Position numbers and translations under genes: made by a program. Shown here piece after piece: positions 28,355 through 38,367 of a stretch of DNA of 64,000 nt. The notes below the pieces were generated by a model, which worked only from the letters and a program-made list of their open reading frames with translations, did no database searches and was not told the DNA's origin. The DNA is taken from IMG/VR virus record IMGVR_UViG_3300045988_169405, one strand, 5' to 3'. Within the stretch, counting starts at the first letter, position 1, and each line of letters starts with the position of its first letter. This DNA comes from a virus.

Positions 28355-28717
28355 TTAGTTGTATCGTTCCTTGTACTTTGTAACAGCCCAGGGTACTAGG
28401 TTGGAAATTAGCATCATTGCGCCCCAGCCGAAGGTGCCGGAAATGATTAGGGGGTTCCCTTCAATGACTCCATGTGCAGTGAACGCGGGTGTAACAACGA
28501 TACCCCAATAGACAGTGGCGACAGCCTGGATTGCCCCAATAATGATTGAGGTGCCGCCCTTGAATGTGGCTTCCCACACGGGACACCCTAGCCGCCACCA
28601 CACTAGAGCCACAGGCACGGCTGTGATAACCCCCGGTATCACGAAGGCTAACCATAGGGGTGCGGCACTAAAGAACCCAGTCGGGTCAGCGAACATGTTT
28701 ACAAAATCAACAAACAT
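28355..28717 (-). CDS. small membrane protein, MFVDFVNMF family
   Basis: paralog. Confidence 0.6.
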   Translation of the reverse strand: MFVDFVNMFADPTGFFSAAPLWLAFVIPGVITAVPVALVWWRLGCPVWEATFKGGTSIIIGAIQAVATVYWGIVVTPAFTAHGVIEGNPLIISGTFGWGAMMLISNLVPWAVTKYKERYN

Positions 28718-28891
28718 AGGCGGTCACCTTTTCATTCAGGATAGTATTCATTGTTTTATTGTATCAGTCCTGCGGTTTCTTTACCTAGTAGGGCTTGATT
28801 GCGTGCTGGTCATGTTTCAGGGTAAGCAAAAAGCGCCGCGAAACCCTGTAGTATTTTTGGGTTTCGCGGTGCTTCGTGCCCCTTATAGGGG

Positions 28892-29572
28892 TTATTGCTG
28901 TTCGTTGTGTAGTTCTGCCTGTCGTAGGCTTCCAGTATCCACAGGAACAGTGATACCGGACGAGGTGATGGGCGGCGGCTCTGTGGTGCGCATACGTTGC
29001 CATACGCTTAATGCTACACCTACGAGGACTAGCATGTTACCGATGATGTTGGTGTAGCTACCTACTAGGAGGTAGTAGCTGACCCAGCACGCTACATTGA
29101 GAACTGTTACGGTTTTGAGTGCTACGAAGTTTTCTAGTAGCGCCATAACGAGTCCGGTTAGCCCACCTAGTAGCGCTAGGGTGCCGGGTGACCATAAGCC
29201 CCACCCGAGGATGCCGTACTGGGTGACGGCGGCGGTACCGACTGCTACACTCATTGATGCACCACGGTAGATAGGTGATTGGACGAATGTTAGCCGGTTC
29301 TCGAATAATAGCATGATGTAGTATGCCAGGTTTACTAGGTTCATGGCTAGAACACCGGTTTGTCCTAGTAGGAATGATTGGGCGGCTGTTAGGGCACACA
29401 TTCCTAGACTGATGTTTCTGACCCAGGTGCGGTTTGCGTACCCGATAAAGAACAGTCCGGCGCTCACACCTAGACCAAGTATCTGTACAGTGATGTTTGC
29501 TGGTGCTGTCAGCATATGTTCACCTGTGTCCTTTCTGTTTGTTTGGCGGGTACGTTTTCGTGTTGTGGGCAA
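28892..29572 (-). CDS. polytopic membrane protein (likely start at MLTAP, 29515)
   Basis: 6-7 TM segments. Confidence 0.55.
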   Translation of the reverse strand: MPTTRKRTRQTNRKDTGEHMLTAPANITVQILGLGVSAGLFFIGYANRTWVRNISLGMCALTAAQSFLLGQTGVLAMNLVNLAYYIMLLFENRLTFVQSPIYRGASMSVAVGTAAVTQYGILGWGLWSPGTLALLGGLTGLVMALLENFVALKTVTVLNVACWVSYYLLVGSYTNIIGNMLVLVGVALSVWQRMRTTEPPPITSSGITVPVDTGSLRQAELHNEQQ

Positions 29573-29652
29573 AAAAGTACCCCCCCCCCGGCGAACAAAA
29601 CATTACTGTTTATTGTCCGATAAGGGAGGGGTGCTTTAGTTTGTTATTTTAG

Positions 29653-30441
29653 TTACTTGAGAGTAATCTTAGCCTTTTTGGGGTGGCGCTCATCAACCTC
29701 TACCGATTCAATAATGAAGGTGTGACCTGCAAGACCTGACGCGATAGGCTTATCTGGGGTGAGAGTAATCAGTGGTTCATCTTGGCTGTACTTACTGGGC
29801 ACACGTACAGCGATATTGTCACTAATGAAGACAATCTCTCGCTCGATGGGGTGCACTTCTGCAAGATGCTCAGCCGGGTTCTTGTCCTTGTAGTAGTAGA
29901 GCGGCGAATAGTCGTAGAGGAAGTCTTCAAATTCCCAAATGTCGCCCGTGCTGAAGTTCACGGTCACCTCAATGGGGTGTTCCGGGGTGAAAGAGGTTAC
30001 CAGGTGTCGCTTCTCTTCGGCGTACCACTTGATAGCTTCCTTAGCCTTTCGGCTCTCGTCGTGGTTTCGCGGCTCGTGGGGGCGGTTATAGCCTTTAAGT
30101 ACGACTGCTTCACCTTTCTTTGTCCAACCGTAGAGGGTGCTGTGGTCCCACCAACCCATAAGGCTGTTCTCCCACTTCTTCACGCCGTAGTCACGGTTAA
30201 GCAAGATGGTGAGTGAAGCCGCGCCGTAGGTTTCGGGGAAGTGAATATCTACGGGGTCTTCTACATAGAGGTAGCAGTCATCAAGGTAGACGGGGTCTTC
30301 ATCCTTTAGGTAGGGGTGCTTCTTGAGGTCGGCGGGTGTCATGCGACGAACCTGTCCCGTGTCGATAATGCTCTGAATCTGGTACTTCCCATAGTTCCAG
30401 GTGATGTCCCGGATGATGCGTCCTGCGTCAGTGAAACCCAT
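29653..30441 (-). CDS. hypothetical protein (262 aa)
   Basis: ORF. Confidence 0.6.
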   Translation of the reverse strand: MGFTDAGRIIRDITWNYGKYQIQSIIDTGQVRRMTPADLKKHPYLKDEDPVYLDDCYLYVEDPVDIHFPETYGAASLTILLNRDYGVKKWENSLMGWWDHSTLYGWTKKGEAVVLKGYNRPHEPRNHDESRKAKEAIKWYAEEKRHLVTSFTPEHPIEVTVNFSTGDIWEFEDFLYDYSPLYYYKDKNPAEHLAEVHPIEREIVFISDNIAVRVPSKYSQDEPLITLTPDKPIASGLAGHTFIIESVEVDERHPKKAKITLK

Positions 30442-30479
30442 GATGTATCCTTTCCTTGGAGGGGTAATTGGGGGGGGGG

Positions 30480-30947
30480 TTAGTTTATGGCTTTGGTTGC
30501 TTCTTTGAGTTTGTCGCGTCCGTAGTTGTATAGGGTGATTGAGCGGTCGAGGAAGTTTTTAGCTTCCTGGAGTCGTTTCATTTGAATGTCGTAGGTGGTT
30601 AGCTCTTCGTGTCCTTCGTAGGGGATTGCTGTGAAGTCTTCGTTGAGGGTTTGTGCTACGTCGTTTGTGAAGGCGAACCTGTGGGTGTCGATGTCGTTAG
30701 AGAGCTTAATCAGGTCAGTGTATAGTGACTGGTTGGTTTTGGCTAGGGTGCCGTCATTGATTTTCGCTTCAATGTTGATGGTGTTGAAGTTCGCATATGC
30801 CTCTGTTACGGCTTCTATACGCTTCGTGTCAAGCTCTTCTTGCTTGAGGGCGACTAGGGTACGGTCTGCTTCAAGCTGTAGCTCATATAGGGCTTCAAGC
30901 TTTACACCAATACTTGCTAGTACTTCATCCATTTCAGGGGTGTGCAT
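30480..30947 (-). CDS. hypothetical coiled-coil protein (155 aa)
   Basis: ORF; promoter module 31005-31062. Confidence 0.55.
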   Translation of the reverse strand: MHTPEMDEVLASIGVKLEALYELQLEADRTLVALKQEELDTKRIEAVTEAYANFNTINIEAKINDGTLAKTNQSLYTDLIKLSNDIDTHRFAFTNDVAQTLNEDFTAIPYEGHEELTTYDIQMKRLQEAKNFLDRSITLYNYGRDKLKEATKAIN

Positions 30948-31004
30948 TGCGTATCTTTTCCTTTCCTATAGTAACTTGGGTGTCTTACAAGAACTTCTAT
31001 AACT

Positions 31005-31062
31005 ATTATGCCACACCTTATAGGTGAGCGCAAACCTAAAACCGTGATTTATACCACACCCC
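31005..31062 (-). promoter_or_regulatory. conserved promoter module
   Basis: copy. Confidence 0.55.
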
Positions 31063-31074
31063 CATTTTGGCATG

Positions 31075-31135
31075 AAGGAAGCCCCTAACCGTAGAGCCTA
31101 TTACTCTATAGGTTAGGGGCTTATCTGTATCGGCT
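31075..31135 (-). terminator. hairpin GCCCCTAACC...GGTTAGGGGC
   Basis: inverted repeat after the flotillin stop. Confidence 0.5.
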
Positions 31136-31150
31136 CTACGCCGTTACATT

Positions 31151-32728
31151 CTAGAACTCACCATCATCTTCTGGGTCACCTAGATTCAGAGGCTCTAGAA
31201 CAGGCTCAGCTTCCTTCTTAGTATCCTTAGCGGCGTTATTGATTCCGCTACCGATAGCTCGACCGGTTACAGTTGCCTGAATCAGGTCACGAACATCAAG
31301 TCCTAGACCGGCGGTAACCTTATCCATGCTGGTCATGATGTCGCCAACCATCTGCCCGGTGTTACCTTCACCGTACATGGTAATGCTATCAACGTTATTC
31401 AGCGGCTCAGATACGGCGCGTGCAACTTCAGGTAGGACATTGACAAGCATCTCGATAACAGCGGCATCCTTCATCTTGAGCATTGCTTCCGCCTTCTTGT
31501 CTAGACCGTCTGCTTCTGCTTCAAGCTTGAGGCGTACTGCTTCTGCTTCTGCTTCACCGCGTAGGCGGATTGCGTCTGCTTCTGCTTCTGCCGTCATCTT
31601 GAGAGCTTCCGCTTCCTGCTGGCGGCGGTATGCTTCCGCTTCAGCGGTCATCTTCAGCACTTCTGCTTCCTGCTGGCGGCGGTACGCCTCAGCTTCAGAC
31701 TTCTTCATGCTCTCAAACAGTTCAGCCTGTGCGCGCTGTTCACGTGCTCGACGTTCAGTGTTCGCGGTTTCTTCAACCTCAGCAACTAGGGTCTGCTTGC
31801 GGACTTCAACTTCCTTAGCCTTGACCAGCGCTTCCTTTTCCTGTCGGACAATGTTAGCGTTAGCGCGGGCGGCTTCGGTTCGGCTTCGCTGGTTCTCGAA
31901 CTCAGTCTCGAACGCGGCTTCAGCGATTGCTCGTTCCTTCTCAGCTTCAGCTTTGAGCTGGCTCTTAGAAATTTCGAGTTCGTTCTGCCTCTTAGCGATT
32001 TCCTTATCAGCGGCGACACGTGCGTCGTTTGCGAGCTTTTCAGAGCTTGCCTGCTGTTCCTCAATCTTCTGGGTTGCGATAGCCTTAGCGGTTGCCGCTT
32101 CCTGTCGAATCTTTTCGGTATTGTCAGCACCAAGGTTGTCGATAACACCCTTATCGTCACGGACGGTCTGGATGTTGAACGCTACGATTTCTAGACCCAT
32201 TTCCTCTAGGTCGTTCGTCGCGTTTTCCTGAACCTTGTTAGCGAGCTGTTGCCTATCTTGGACGATAGCCTTCAGTTCCATTTCACCAATGATGGAGCGT
32301 AGGTGACCTTCAAGGGTTTCACGTACCGAGTCAGCGATTTCAATATCAGTCCTACCGAGGAAGTTACGGGCGGCAACCTCGAACAGTTCCTTACGGTCTA
32401 GACCGATACGTACCTTCACTTCAGCTTCAGCCTGCACGTTGATAAAGTCGTTAGTAGGGGTGCTACCGTTCGTCTTCACATCAATAGATACCATGCTTGC
32501 GGTCATGGAGTCTACACGCTCAATGAACGGGACACGCCAACCAGTCTTACCCTGTAGTACACGGATACCACGGCGACCTGAGATGACCTTCACCTCACCG
32601 GGGCTTGCCGATACGATACCTGCCATGAAGATTGCCACACCGATACCAATGATGATGAGTGCGGCTACGGCGATAATTAGTAGGTTCGCGATTTGCATTA
32701 TGTAGTTATTCTTTCTGTCATGGGACAA
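31151..32728 (-). CDS. flotillin / SPFH (band-7) domain protein: N-terminal TM, SPFH domain and a long E/A-rich coiled coil
   Basis: TM MQIANLLIIAVAALIIIGIGVAIF, then GEVKVISGRRG...; EA repeats resemble FloT/YqiK; likely start at MQIANLL (32698). Confidence 0.65.
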   Translation of the reverse strand: MSHDRKNNYIMQIANLLIIAVAALIIIGIGVAIFMAGIVSASPGEVKVISGRRGIRVLQGKTGWRVPFIERVDSMTASMVSIDVKTNGSTPTNDFINVQAEAEVKVRIGLDRKELFEVAARNFLGRTDIEIADSVRETLEGHLRSIIGEMELKAIVQDRQQLANKVQENATNDLEEMGLEIVAFNIQTVRDDKGVIDNLGADNTEKIRQEAATAKAIATQKIEEQQASSEKLANDARVAADKEIAKRQNELEISKSQLKAEAEKERAIAEAAFETEFENQRSRTEAARANANIVRQEKEALVKAKEVEVRKQTLVAEVEETANTERRAREQRAQAELFESMKKSEAEAYRRQQEAEVLKMTAEAEAYRRQQEAEALKMTAEAEADAIRLRGEAEAEAVRLKLEAEADGLDKKAEAMLKMKDAAVIEMLVNVLPEVARAVSEPLNNVDSITMYGEGNTGQMVGDIMTSMDKVTAGLGLDVRDLIQATVTGRAIGSGINNAAKDTKKEAEPVLEPLNLGDPEDDGEF

Positions 32729-32892
32729 TATAGGTTCACGGGTTGCCGCACCCTGCGGGTTCGTGTCGTGAACCGTTAGAGTGCTTGACTTGAAGGGGTT
32801 CCCGTAAACCTTGATGTTTCCCAGTGTACACGTTGCGGTGTGCGTGTATCAAATCTGTGGGCGTGTCTCATGCCCCGGCAACAAAAATAAGG

Positions 32893-32933
32893 GGCACCTA
32901 CCCGCTACTGTCAGCGAGTAGGTGCCCCTTATG
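32893..32933 (-). terminator. 12-bp stem hairpin AGGGGCACCTAC...GTAGGTGCCCCT
   Basis: inverted repeat. Confidence 0.5.
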
Positions 32934-32951
32934 TGGATGCATATTGTTCGG

Positions 32952-33398
32952 TTAGATGAAGAAATATTCTTCTACAACATGGTTAATGATTTTACCGTTC
33001 ACACCTGCGTGCTGTTCGCGATTATCGCATACCTGCTGGTCGTAGTGAGTGAACCTATGGTACGGGCGGCTATTGTTCTTGCCTGTGGGTTTACCTTCAT
33101 GCTTAGCCCACGCCTGTGTACCTTCGTACCGCCATTCAAAGCTCTCTGCGCGGTGGGTTGGCATCATCTTCATGCACGGCTTGTAGGTGCCGTCTTCGGT
33201 ACAGAACGTATGCTGTAGTGTTTCGCCGTTAAACTCTTCTACATAGTTCTGCACCTGAATAGGGGTATCGTCATTATGCTCATTGACCCGGCACGTCTTA
33301 GGGGTAATATAGGTTACCCCGGCAATGACTCCAATGACGGCGACTAGGAAGCCGGACACTAGGAAGAAGACCTTAGCCCGCTCGATTAGATTTTCCAT
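32952..33398 (-). CDS. membrane-anchored Cys-containing protein, family member 1 of 4
   Basis: shared motifs W(R)Y and C-D-x-R-E-x-H...G-x-I-x-H-x-V with 37858, 42595, 55889. Confidence 0.55.
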   Translation of the reverse strand: MENLIERAKVFFLVSGFLVAVIGVIAGVTYITPKTCRVNEHNDDTPIQVQNYVEEFNGETLQHTFCTEDGTYKPCMKMMPTHRAESFEWRYEGTQAWAKHEGKPTGKNNSRPYHRFTHYDQQVCDNREQHAGVNGKIINHVVEEYFFI

Positions 33399-33416
33399 TT
33401 CAGCTTATTCTTACGC

Positions 33417-33935
33417 CTAGTAGGAGCCACGGGATGCCATATAGCGATAAGCGGGGTGCTTTGCGGCGGATTCAATACGCTTCGCCTCACGTTCTGCTTC
33501 CTTAGGTTCACGCTGTGCGCGGTGTTCAGGCATCTCTGCGTCTAGCCAGAAGCCGGAGCCGTAGTAGCCCCAATCTTCCTCAGCGTCCGTGCCTTCAATG
33601 CTGATAACGTCATTCTTCATGTAGATAAAGATTCGGAAACCGGTATGGTGGCGCTCGTCATAATCCTCAATCTCCTCGTACTTGACGTTCATGACGGCGG
33701 CATCTAGCGGCTTATTAACATAAGATGCTGAGATTTCAGCACTACCATTACCGCAGTCACAGCCATAGTTAGGGCGAATCTTGACGGTATACCCGTTATC
33801 AAGCTCGAGGTAACTTTCGGTAAGCTTGATAATGCGGCGACCGATGAGGGCGTTCTTGAGGAACTGGTAGAACTCGCCGGAGTCGAAATTGTCTTCACTG
33901 AGGCGGGGGTACTTGTTGGTTTCCGTGGTTTCCAT
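33417..33935 (-). CDS. hypothetical protein (172 aa)
   Basis: ORF. Confidence 0.55.
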   Translation of the reverse strand: METTETNKYPRLSEDNFDSGEFYQFLKNALIGRRIIKLTESYLELDNGYTVKIRPNYGCDCGNGSAEISASYVNKPLDAAVMNVKYEEIEDYDERHHTGFRIFIYMKNDVISIEGTDAEEDWGYYGSGFWLDAEMPEHRAQREPKEAEREAKRIESAAKHPAYRYMASRGSY

Positions 33936-33972
33936 AATGGCTGGTTTCCTTTCCGTTAATGGTTACGGTGTG

Positions 33973-34770
33973 CTACTTCATCTTACTGTCGATTTCGGTA
34001 CCGATGACGTTCTTAATGATGTCTAGTACGGTGTGGGATTCTTGCCAGTCTACCCAGGTTAGTACGTCTAGGGTTGCGTAGGTGGGCAGGGTTTCGAGAA
34101 GTCCTGCAAGGTGGCTAGTAGCTTCCTTGATTTCGTTGTAGCGTTCCTTCAACTCGTCGCCGGTGAGCCATTCCTGCTGGGTTACGGGCGGCACGTTTTC
34201 TACGGGCGGGTTGGTGAGCTTGTACAGCTTTTCCAGCTCATCATCTTCGATAATGAACTCGCCCTCACCATGTTCTAGCTCACAGTTAGCGAGCGCCTTT
34301 TTAATATAAACGATTAGGGTGTTGATATTGATGTTCGCTACAGCTTCAGCTACACCCTGCCCCTTATGTTCGTAGTGGGCTAGTTCAGAGTATGCGTAGT
34401 CATGTACGGGTTCAATGAAGAAGCTGGTGCGTACAAAGTCTGGGATGTTGTGCGGGTTGCCGTACTTGTTGTGCTTGTGTGCTAGGGCGTAGTATGCGAG
34501 CACGTGTAGCTTAGCGTTGAGGGGGTTGTTTTCCACCTTGTAGTAGGTGTTGGTTACGAACGTGTAGTCGCCGTGTGTGTACCCGTCGATATGGTATTCG
34601 GCTCCCTCCCAGCCGATAATATCCTCATTGGGGACATAGTATCCGCCGTTGTTGCGGTCAATATGCAGGGTTGCACCTAGTACGTTGTACCAGTGGGCAC
34701 CGGTTGCCTTGTCGTGGTGGTAGCTTACGAGGGCGTTTACGTAGCGCTCTAGAGCGTCTTCTCGTTCCAT
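33973..34770 (-). CDS. hypothetical His/Tyr-rich protein (265 aa)
   Basis: ORF. Confidence 0.55.
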   Translation of the reverse strand: MEREDALERYVNALVSYHHDKATGAHWYNVLGATLHIDRNNGGYYVPNEDIIGWEGAEYHIDGYTHGDYTFVTNTYYKVENNPLNAKLHVLAYYALAHKHNKYGNPHNIPDFVRTSFFIEPVHDYAYSELAHYEHKGQGVAEAVANININTLIVYIKKALANCELEHGEGEFIIEDDELEKLYKLTNPPVENVPPVTQQEWLTGDELKERYNEIKEATSHLAGLLETLPTYATLDVLTWVDWQESHTVLDIIKNVIGTEIDSKMK

Positions 34771-34879
34771 GTTAGAGCCTTTCTATGGGGTGTTAGTCAT
34801 GACGGTTAGGGTGGGGTACCACGTTCTACCTAACCCCCAACCATATAGATACGGGGGTTAGGAGTTAGGTAGGTGCGCT

Positions 34880-35293
34880 TTAGAATCGAAGAATGTTGCG
34901 GTCAATAACAGAGTTGATAGTTACTGATACCCAGCCGTCTTCTTCTACAGTGAAGCTGAGGTCGGTACCGAGGTATTCGCCTTCCTTGAGTGCTTCGTGA
35001 CCGTCCAGCTGTCGAGTATCGACACTTTCAATGTAGGCGGTAACGTCCTGGGTGAGCTCTAGTGGGTCTTCAGGGTCGATAACACCTACGGGGTAGCCGT
35101 CTTCGTCGCAGAAGTCCACCATAGGAAGACCATCGTCTTCGTTATCTTCGGTCACGGCATCAATGTAAATCACATCCTTGTCCATTGCGCGCTCTGTAAG
35201 TTCTTCAACGGGAATGTTATTGACGTGCTTAAAGCTGAGCGAGAAGGTAATAGGTTCGATAGCACGCTTTTCAATCGGGGGCAGTTCAGTCAT
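34880..35293 (-). CDS. hypothetical acidic protein
   Basis: ORF. Confidence 0.55.
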   Translation of the reverse strand: MTELPPIEKRAIEPITFSLSFKHVNNIPVEELTERAMDKDVIYIDAVTEDNEDDGLPMVDFCDEDGYPVGVIDPEDPLELTQDVTAYIESVDTRQLDGHEALKEGEYLGTDLSFTVEEDGWVSVTINSVIDRNILRF

Positions 35294-35372
35294 GGGTGAT
35301 TCCTTTCAGTTGATGGGCGGGCAACCCCCGCCCACCTCATTTGGGGGCGGGGGTAAAGGGGGGGGGTACGGA

Positions 35373-35717
35373 CTAGAAGTTCAGTTCCGGGGTGATAAAG
35401 TCAATGCGGGTATCTTGGGTGGTGAAGGTAGAGTCAATATGCACGTAGTAGCGGTCACGTTCATCAATAATGACGTAAGGCTGGGTGCCCGCAGGCTGGT
35501 CACCAATAATGGTTACTTTGCTACGCGGAACGGTCACATTACGCAATTCCTGAGTTTCAGGATTAACCATAGTCATAGTGGCGGTCATCTCATAATTGGT
35601 TTCCAGAGAGGCGTTATGAACGTCCCTATCGGTGCGAGTTTCGGGGGACATCTTACCGGTAGTGTACTTGCGGGTGTGCAGGCGGGCGTAGAGCAGGTCA
35701 TAAACAGTGTTGCTCAT
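35373..35717 (-). CDS. hypothetical protein (114 aa)
   Basis: ORF; promoter module 35808-35862. Confidence 0.55.
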   Translation of the reverse strand: MSNTVYDLLYARLHTRKYTTGKMSPETRTDRDVHNASLETNYEMTATMTMVNPETQELRNVTVPRSKVTIIGDQPAGTQPYVIIDERDRYYVHIDSTFTTQDTRIDFITPELNF

Positions 35718-35807
35718 TGGTGGGCTTATCCTTTCGGTCTTTGCAACAAGGGGTAGATAATGGACTTGTTGCTAGGGTTTATCCCATCGCTACATTTCTA
35801 TTATGAC

Positions 35808-35862
35808 ACACCCATAACCCCTATGCAAGCTAGAATCATATGAAATAGCTCACATAGGGGTT
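35808..35862 (-). promoter_or_regulatory. conserved promoter module
   Basis: copy. Confidence 0.6.
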
Positions 35863-35947
35863 ATAAGGGGTAACAGCTACAAGGGGGCTAATTATGTATT
35901 GAGATTTATTGCCCAGCGCAATATACTACAACCCACCTTCCTGCCTT

Positions 35948-36385
35948 CTACCTTTGGGTAGCAGAGATGCCAAAGGTAACGTACATACTTCCGGTATCCG
36001 ATACGTAAATATCACGAATCTTGAAAGTTGGACTGAACCACCGACCCCACTTGAACTTCTTACTCACTAGTACATTAGGGTTCTTCATGGCTTCCAGGGG
36101 GGCATCAAGAATCTTCCTATTACGCATTAGAAGAGCGACTGTGTTCTTAGAGCCGTCTACAGCACCAAACCTTACACGAGCAAAAATACAGGTGTTGAAA
36201 TTACTTAGTGTGGCGTGGGCGCTTGGTTCTTCCAGCAGGGCAAGCCCCTTCATAATATCGCGGGGCATGGCAAATGGCTTGTTGCCCCGATAGACAATAT
36301 CCTCACTAATGCAATCTTTCAGCTCACTATCGCGTTTACTGCCGAGGTGTACATCATCTACACAGATAAGATTTACAACACTCAT
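35948..36385 (-). CDS. hypothetical protein, paralog of 37314-37739
   Basis: LLDAPLEAMKNPNVLVSKKFKW versus LLNAPLDALKDPTILAGKKFKR. Confidence 0.55.
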   Translation of the reverse strand: MSVVNLICVDDVHLGSKRDSELKDCISEDIVYRGNKPFAMPRDIMKGLALLEEPSAHATLSNFNTCIFARVRFGAVDGSKNTVALLMRNRKILDAPLEAMKNPNVLVSKKFKWGRWFSPTFKIRDIYVSDTGSMYVTFGISATQR

Positions 36386-36479
36386 GGTCTTACATTTCCT
36401 TCCTTGTTTGGCTTATAGGTGCATTATACATCTATAGGGGTTAGCTTGGGCTGATTACTTAGGGGTTGTTGGGGTAGGC

Positions 36480-36860
36480 TTAGTAATCGTAATAGTCTTG
36501 CGGGTCACCATAGGGGCTACCATTAGCGTCTCCGTAGTCGTCGTAATCATTGGGAACATAGTCGTCATTTTCGTCATCATAATAATTGTCGCAGTCATCA
36601 TCATCGCCATTCTCTGAGAATATGGCTAGACCAAAGAAATCATCATTGCCCCCATACCATGAATTATCGTTGTAGTAATCGTCGTAGCTGTATTCCCATT
36701 CTCCATCTTCAGCGGTTAGCTGTTCTTCCTTCTTCCAGAGAGAGGTGAACCAGCCGGTGATACTGTCTTTGATGGTGTCGATAATCTGTGCCATAGTTAG
36801 TGAACTTTCGTTAGAGGGTGTCTTGTTGCTGGCAGGCGTGTAGGTTGTACGCCTACACAC
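36480..36860 (-). CDS. hypothetical protein with an Asp/Tyr-rich acidic tail
   Basis: ORF. Confidence 0.5.
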   Translation of the reverse strand: MCRRTTYTPASNKTPSNESSLTMAQIIDTIKDSITGWFTSLWKKEEQLTAEDGEWEYSYDDYYNDNSWYGGNDDFFGLAIFSENGDDDDCDNYYDDENDDYVPNDYDDYGDANGSPYGDPQDYYDY

Positions 36861-36916
36861 TTTAGGGTAGCCCTGTGCGGGGCGCTTGACTCTACGCCCC
36901 GCACAGGGCTACTTTA

Positions 36917-37300
36917 TTACAGCTTGCGAATTGCTAGAAGTAACCCACCATACTTGGTGACATGGGTGCATTCAATAATGCCTTCTCCACCATTCTTTAG
37001 CGTAACTTTTTCCCCTAGTAGCCTATTGGGGTCAAGCATTGCGCCTGCGTCAAAGGTGCCCAGATTGTGCGTGTCGTCATACAAGGGCACCTTTCCACGG
37101 TTCACTAGACCGAATAGCACACCTGCGAAAGTGTAGCTACACCCGTGGGTGACTGAGTGTGCGCTGGTTCGCTCCAACTTTTCAACAGCTGATAGGACAT
37201 CTTCTAGGGTGTATTCATCATTGATTGGCTTACGCATTGCTTGTAGTAGCTCTCCAACCTCGCCGCTGAAGATGAAGGAATCTGAGGGTACGGTTTTCAT
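36917..37300 (-). CDS. hypothetical protein (127 aa)
   Basis: ORF. Confidence 0.5.
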   Translation of the reverse strand: MKTVPSDSFIFSGEVGELLQAMRKPINDEYTLEDVLSAVEKLERTSAHSVTHGCSYTFAGVLFGLVNRGKVPLYDDTHNLGTFDAGAMLDPNRLLGEKVTLKNGGEGIIECTHVTKYGGLLLAIRKL

Positions 37301-37313
37301 TGGTGTTTCCTTT

Positions 37314-37739
37314 CTATCGAAGGATTAGTTCGTATGCGACGTATAGGGCACCTTGTTCTGTTGCGTGTACGCCGATAATCTTAGACATACCCACGCCTTC
37401 ACGCTTAAACTTCTTGCCAGCTAGGATAGTGGGGTCTTTGAGAGCATCCAAGGGTGCGTTTAGTAGCTTACGCCCGTGGTCAATAAGTGGTACGGTCTTC
37501 AATTCGGCATTTACCACACCGAAGCCTGCAACCCTGAATGAGGGCGCTGATGGTTCGTTCCAGTAATCGACGTATGCATTATCTTCTCCAATGGCGGCAA
37601 GCCCGCGCAGGGTGTCCTTGACAGTGCAGTATTCTTCGCCGTTCTTGCGGATAATGTTGTCGCTTAGGTATGCCCTGAGTACGCCTTTCGACTTTAGGGC
37701 TAGGTTCAGTTCCCTAATGGGAATGAGGGGTGCACTCAT
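37314..37739 (-). CDS. hypothetical protein, paralog of 35948-36385
   Basis: alignment. Confidence 0.55.
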   Translation of the reverse strand: MSAPLIPIRELNLALKSKGVLRAYLSDNIIRKNGEEYCTVKDTLRGLAAIGEDNAYVDYWNEPSAPSFRVAGFGVVNAELKTVPLIDHGRKLLNAPLDALKDPTILAGKKFKREGVGMSKIIGVHATEQGALYVAYELILR

Positions 37740-37857
37740 GGTTTACGTTCCTTTACTCTTAGAGGGGGAGGGGTTTGTTCTGTAGTGGTACCCCTGGGGT
37801 GTTGGTGGCGTACCCCTAGCGCCTTTCTGATTAGCTCTAGGGGCACGCCTGCGGGGG

Positions 37858-38331
37858 TTATGCCATGTAGAAAGTGTCGCTCACGTTATGCTTGATAACC
37901 TGCCCGTCTTTGTCCTTGAAGCGTTCACGTCCATCACAGACTGCGGTGTCGCTTTCTTGGTGGAGGTAGTAAGAGTAACCGGTGCTTGACTTTTCAGGGT
38001 CACCGCTCCAGTTCGTCCAACCTTCCTCGGGGTCTGTGTACTTGTCTGCGTATCGCCACTGGTAGCTACCGCTGTGCCATTCTGAGCCGTCGTAGGGGCA
38101 TGAGCCCATAGACCCGTCAGCGTTCAGGCACGGGCGCATTTCGTGGACGCTTTCGTAGTATCCGGGGCTGTAGTTTCGGATTTCTACACGGACTTCCTGG
38201 CTGGTTTCGTTCCTGACACATGTATTGGGCTTTTCGTTGGCACTGATAATGCCAAATACGCCTAGTCCGACCACCATTGTGGTTACCGCTTTACCGATTA
38301 TGCTACCAATGGTTTCTTCTTCGTCGCTCAT
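37858..38331 (-). CDS. Cys-containing secreted/membrane-anchored protein, family member 2
   Basis: motif CDGRERFKDKDGQVIKHNV. Confidence 0.55.
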   Translation of the reverse strand: MSDEEETIGSIIGKAVTTMVVGLGVFGIISANEKPNTCVRNETSQEVRVEIRNYSPGYYESVHEMRPCLNADGSMGSCPYDGSEWHSGSYQWRYADKYTDPEEGWTNWSGDPEKSSTGYSYYLHQESDTAVCDGRERFKDKDGQVIKHNVSDTFYMA

Positions 38332-38367
38332 TAGCTTTCCTTTTCCTAGCAGGTCTATTGATGCCGT

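Noticed and set aside
31326-32231. 301-aa plus-strand ORF
   Set aside because: Antisense to the flotillin coiled-coil region (A/S-rich from GC-biased codons); no expression signals.
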